Shown here: piece by piece, positions 59,438 to 64,000 of the stretch
How positions within the stretch are numbered: the stretch's first letter is position 1
Layout of the letters: every line of letters starts with the position of its first letter
Origin: Mobula hypostoma
Taxonomy: Eukaryota
Assembly: GCF_963921235.1 (NCBI RefSeq)
Contig: NC_086097.1
Location: forward strand, 7,812,001 to 7,876,000
Reading direction: 5' to 3'
DNA length: 64,000 nucleotides
Program-made: the position numbers and the translations under genes
The notes under the pieces: model-generated
Database searches by the model: none
Seen by the model: the letters and a program-made list of their open reading frames with translations, nothing else
Told to the model about the DNA's origin: nothing

Positions 59438-62400
59438 GTGAGCAGTAAAGATGTCAAGAAAGACAGGCAGGTGATGGGGCAAATTTGTAGCCATTGGGAT
59501 GAGTTGCAGTGCAATAAGGTTGCAGTGAAATCAAAGCGAAAAGTACCAAATACTGGCCTTAAGGTGTTATACGTAAATGCACGCAACATAAGGAATAAGG
59601 TGGATGATATTGTCGTACAGCTACAGATTGGCAGATATGATATTGTGGCCATCACTGAGATGTGGCGAAAGGATGTATGTCTCTGGGAGCTGAACGTCCA
59701 AGGATACACGGTGTATCAGAAGGATAGGAAGGTAGGCAGAGGGGGAGGCATGGCTTTATTGGTAATAAATGATATTGAATCATTAGAAAGAGGAGATATA
59801 GGATTGGAAGGTTCAGACACTTTATGGGTTGAGCTAAGAAATCGCAGGGGTAAAAGGACCCTGATGGCAGTTATTTATAGGCCTCCAAACAGCTGCAGTG
59901 ATGTGGACTACAAATTACAACAGGAAATAGAAAAGGCTTGTCAGAAGGGCAGTGTTATGATAATTGTGGGGGATTTTAACATGCGAGTGGATTGGGAAAA
60001 TCAGGTTGGCACTGGATCTCAAGAGAGAGAATTTGTCGAATGTCTGCGAGATGGCTTTTTAGAACAGCTTGTTGTTGAGCCCACTAGGGGATCAGCTGTA
60101 CTGGATTGGGTATTGTTTAATGAACTGGAGGTGATTAGAGAGATTGAGGTGAAGGAACCCTTAGGAGACAGTGATCATAACATGATTGAGTTCACTGTGA
60201 AATTTGAAAAAGGCAAGCCAAAGTCTGATGTGTTGGTATTTCAGTGGAGTAAAGGAAATTACAGTGGCATGAGAGAGGAACTGGCCAAAGTTGACTGGAA
60301 AGGGACACCGGCGGGAAAGATGGCAGAGCAGCAATGGCTGGAGTTTATGCGAGAAGTGAGGAAGGTGCAAGACAGGTATATTCCAAAAAAGAAGAAATTT
60401 TTGAATAGAAAAAGGATGCAACGGTGGTTGACAAGAGAAGTCAAAGCCAAAGTTAAAGCAAAGGAGAGGGTATACAAGGAAGCAAAAATTAGAGGGAAGA
60501 CGGAGGATTGGGAAGTTTTTAAAAGCTTACAAAAGGAAACTAAGAAGGTCATTAAGAGGGAAAAGATTAACTATGAAAGGAAGCTAGCAAATAATATCAA
60601 AGAGGATACTAAAAGCTTTTTCAAGTGAGAGTACATATAGACATAGAAAATGATGCTGGAGAAATTGTAATGGGAGATAAGGAGATGGTGGAGGAACTGA
60701 ACGAGTATTTTGCATCAGTCTTCACTGAGGAAGACATCAGCAGTATACCGGGCACTCAAGGGTGGCAGGGAAGAGAAGTGTGCGCAGTCACAATTACGAC
60801 AGAGAAAGTACTCAGGAAGCTGATTAGTCTAAAGGTAGATAAATCTCCTGGACCAGATGAAATGCACCCTTGTGTTCTGAAGAAAGTCGCTGTGGAGATT
60901 GCGGAGGCATTAGCGATGATCTTTCAAAAGTCAATAGATTCTGACATGGTTCTGGAGGACTGGAAGATTGCAAATGTCACTCTGCCATTTAAGAAGGGGG
61001 CAAGGAAGCAAAAAGGAATTTATAGACCTGTTAGCTTGACATTGGTGGTTGTGAAGTTGTTGGAGTCGATTGTCAAGGATGAGCTTACAGAGTACCTGGA
61101 GGCATATGACAAGATAGGCAGAACTCAGCATGAATTCCTTAAAGGAAAATCCTGCCTGACAAACCTATTGCAATTTTTTGAGGAAATTACAAGTAGGCTA
61201 GACAAGGGAGATGCAGTGGATGTTGTATGTGTCGATTTTCAGAAGGCCTTTGACAAGGTGCCACACATAAGGCTACTTAACAAGATAAGAGCCCATGGGA
61301 TTACGGGAAAGTTACATACGTGGATAGACCGTTGGCTGATTGGCAGGAAACAGAGAGTGGGAATAAAGGGATCCTATTCTGGTTAACTGCCGGTTACCAG
61401 TGGTTTTCCACAGGGGTCCGTGTTGGGGCTGCTTCTTTTTACATTGTACATCAACACTTTGGATTATGGAATAGATGGCTTTGTGGCTAAGTTTGCTGAC
61501 GATACGATGATAGGTGGAGGGGCCAGTAGTGCTGAGGAAACCGAGAGTCTGTAGAGAGACTTTGATAGATTGGAAGAATGGGCAAAGAAGTGGCAAACAA
61601 AATACAATGTTGGAAAGTGTATGGTTATGTACTTTCGCAGAAAAAATAAATGGGCAGACTATTATTTAAATGGGGAGAGAATTCAAAGTTCTGAGATGCA
61701 ATGGGACTTGGGGGTCCTCATACAGGATACCCTTAAGGATAACCTTCAGGTTGAGTCAGTGGTGAAGAAGGCAAATGCAATGTTGGCATTCATTTCTAGA
61801 GGAATAGAGTATAGGAGCAGGGATGTGATGTTGAGGCTCTATAAGGCGCTGGTGAGACCTCACTTGGAGTACTGTGGGCAGTTTTGATCTCCTTATTTAA
61901 GAAAGGATGTGCTGACGTTGGAGAGGGTGCAGAGAAGATTCACTAGAATGATACCGGGAATGAGAGGGTTAACACATGAGGAACGTTTGTCCTCTTTTGG
62001 ACTGTATTCCTTGGAGTTTAGAAGAATGAGGGGAAACCTCATAGAAACATTTCGAATGTTGAAAGGCATAGACAGAGTGGATGTGGCAAAGTTGTTTTCC
62101 AAGATGGGGGAGTCTAGTACGAGAGGGCATGACTTACGGATTGAAAGGCGCCCATTCAGAACAGAAATGCCAAGAAATTTTTTTAGTCAGAGGGTGGTGA
62201 ATCTATGGAATTTGTTGCCATGGGCAACAGTGGAGGCCAAGCCATTGGGTGTAGTTAAGGCAGAGATTGATGGGTATCTGAGTAGCCAGGGTATCAAAGG
62301 TTATGGTGAGAAGGCAGGGGAGTGGGACTAAATGGGTGAATGGATCATCTCATGACAAAACGGTGGAGCAGACTCGATGGGCCAAATGGCCGACTTCTGC

Positions 62401-63068
62401 TCCTTTGTCTTATGGTCTTATGGTCTAATCTAAGTCCTTCTGCATCCTACCTGTTTTCTCAACACTATGTACCCTTCCATCAATCTTTGTATCATCTGCA
62501 AACTTGGCAATAAAACCATCTATTTCATCATCTAAATCATTGATATACACAGCATAAAAAGAAACAGCCCCGAAACCAACTCCATGGAACACCATTAGTC
62601 GCTGGCAGCCAGCCAGAAAGGATCCTTTTATTCCCACTCGCTGCCTCCTACCAATCAGCCAATGCTCTAACTATGTCAGTAACTTTCCTGTAATACCACG
62701 GGCTCTTAAATTAGTAAGCAGCCTCATGTGTGGGACTTTGTCAGAGGACTTCTGAAAACCAAAATGACAACATGCACTGCATCCCCTTTAACTATCCAAC
62801 TTGTAATCTCCTCAAAGAATTCCAACAAGGTTTTCCCTGAAAGAAACCCTGTTGACTTTGTACTATCTCGTCCTATGTCACCAAGTACTCCATTAACTTA
62901 TCCTTAACAATTAACTCCAACATCTTCCCAACCACTGAGATCAGGCTAACTGGTCTATAATTTCCTTCCTGCTGCCTTCCTCCTTTCTTAAACTGTGGAG
63001 TGACATATGCAATTTTCCAGTCCTCTGGCACCATGCCAGAGTCAAATGATTTTTGGAAGATCATTACT

Positions 63069-63482
63069 TTCTTTCTTTTCAAATCTTTTTTATTATTATT
63101 ATCCAAAATTAACAAGAGTACATCGAAATAGGCAACACTTACAATGTCTCAAGAAAAAATAACATTGTTTTAAAGATTGAAAAAATTTTGGTCACAAAAA
63201 AAAGAGAAAAAAAAACTCTACTAAAGCAAAGAAAAGTGAGAAAAAAAAACCTATTAGGTGTTCAACCCGGAGCTATGTGTCATACAAAAAGCTTCTAATG
63301 ACAAACATCAAACCGCCAGCAAGAAATAAAATGTACCAAAAATTTACAATTAAATCATGGAGGAAATCTATCAATTAACTCAAATGATAGTAATGAGCGG
63401 ATGAACCCCATCTTTTCTCAAAATCAAACATAGGTTCAAAGGTTCGACTTCTAATTTTCTCCAAACTAAGATAAAGCATCAC
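63069..63482 (-). mobile_element. L1/Tx1-type LINE 3' end
   Basis: LEKIRSRTFEPMFDFEKRW C-terminus, AATAAA plus A-rich tail, 15-bp TSD TGGAAGATCATTACT at 63054-63068 and 63483-63497. Confidence 0.85.
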
Positions 63483-64000
63483 TGGAAGATCATTACTAAT
63501 GCCTCATCAATCTCTACCACTACTTCTTTCAGAGCTTAGGTGCAGTTCTTCTGGTCCGGGTGTACTCTTAAGTCTTCCATTTTTTGAGCATGTTTTCCCT
63601 TGTAATAGTAACTACACTCACTTCTCTTCCCTTGCACCCTTCATTCCAGCCTCATTTTCTAGTGATCCTATAATCCACTCTCAGCTCTCTTTTATTTCTT
63701 ACATACTTGAAAGAGCTTTAACTATCTTCTTTGTCTGCTAGCTGGCTTTCATATTTCATCTTTTTCCTCTTCTTTTAGGTGTCCTCTGTAGATTTTTAAA
63801 GTTTCCTAATTGTCTGTCTTAGCACTAATTTTTGTGTTGCATGCCCTCTCTTTTGCTTTCACATTGGCTTTGATTTCCCTTGTCAGCCACGGTTCTACTA
63901 TTTTGCCATTGGAGTATTTGTTTGTTTCTGCAACTTCCTTATTTTTCCCAGAAACTCACACCATTGTTGCTCTGCTGTCATCCCTGCCAGCAACTCCTTC

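Larger units (their letters stand above)
58671..62424 (+). mobile_element. CR1 with ORF1 3' end and disrupted ORF2
   Basis: NAWLRDWC..DRLHLNPKG (esterase end); YVNARNI, YRPP, GDFN, SDHN; DFQKAFDKV; cttatggt tail. Confidence 0.93.
57810..64000 (-). mobile_element. CR1 (57810-58670 + 62425-64000) split by a plus-strand CR1 and an L1 fragment
   Basis: cccattctcc|taatctaagtcc rejoins; LERVQRRLTRMIPG, KFADDTKI, YRPVSLIS. Confidence 0.88.

Noticed and set aside
58985..60628. 547-aa ORF that looks like a novel N-terminal domain fused to an APE endonuclease
   Set aside because: The N-terminal ~150 codons are the antisense strand of the inserted non-coding element (TSD TGAGCAGT), in frame with CR1 ORF2 by chance; the RT is disrupted downstream.
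1..64000. Prokaryotic-type systems (CRISPR arrays, operons, defence islands), rRNA or bona fide tRNA genes
   Set aside because: No regularly spaced repeats, no gene-dense architecture; tRNA-like pieces are decayed SINE heads.

Overview
Vertebrate nuclear DNA, probably from a cartilaginous fish (inferred from the mix of CR1, Rex1/Babar, V-SINE/HE1-type and Penelope repeats). It is mostly nested transposable elements, and nearly all long ORFs in the track are TE-derived. It holds many CR1 LINEs, including one young near-full-length copy with an SGNH-esterase ORF1 and an APE-RT ORF2. Also present are a decayed Gypsy internal region, several solo LTRs with target-site duplications (TSDs), a Tc1 transposon, MITEs, Penelope (GIY-YIG) remnants, a HERO-like fragment, an L1 3' end and RTE-type non-autonomous elements. 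No intact host protein-coding gene could be identified. A chain of strong splice-site pairs on the minus strand suggests a lncRNA or decayed gene. The most interesting signals are RNA-level: (1) an HDV-like ribozyme fold with an unusual hairpin inserted in L3, at the 5' end of a ~500-nt non-autonomous retroelement present in two copies; (2) a second, CPEB3-like HDV fold in a different element; (3) minimal hammerhead ribozyme motifs in the Penelope terminal repeats; (4) an in-phase U_UUA_AAC slippery heptamer at the ORF1/ORF2 overlap of two divergent CR1 families, suggesting -1 ribosomal frameshifting. All folds and family calls were made by eye and need computational and experimental confirmation.
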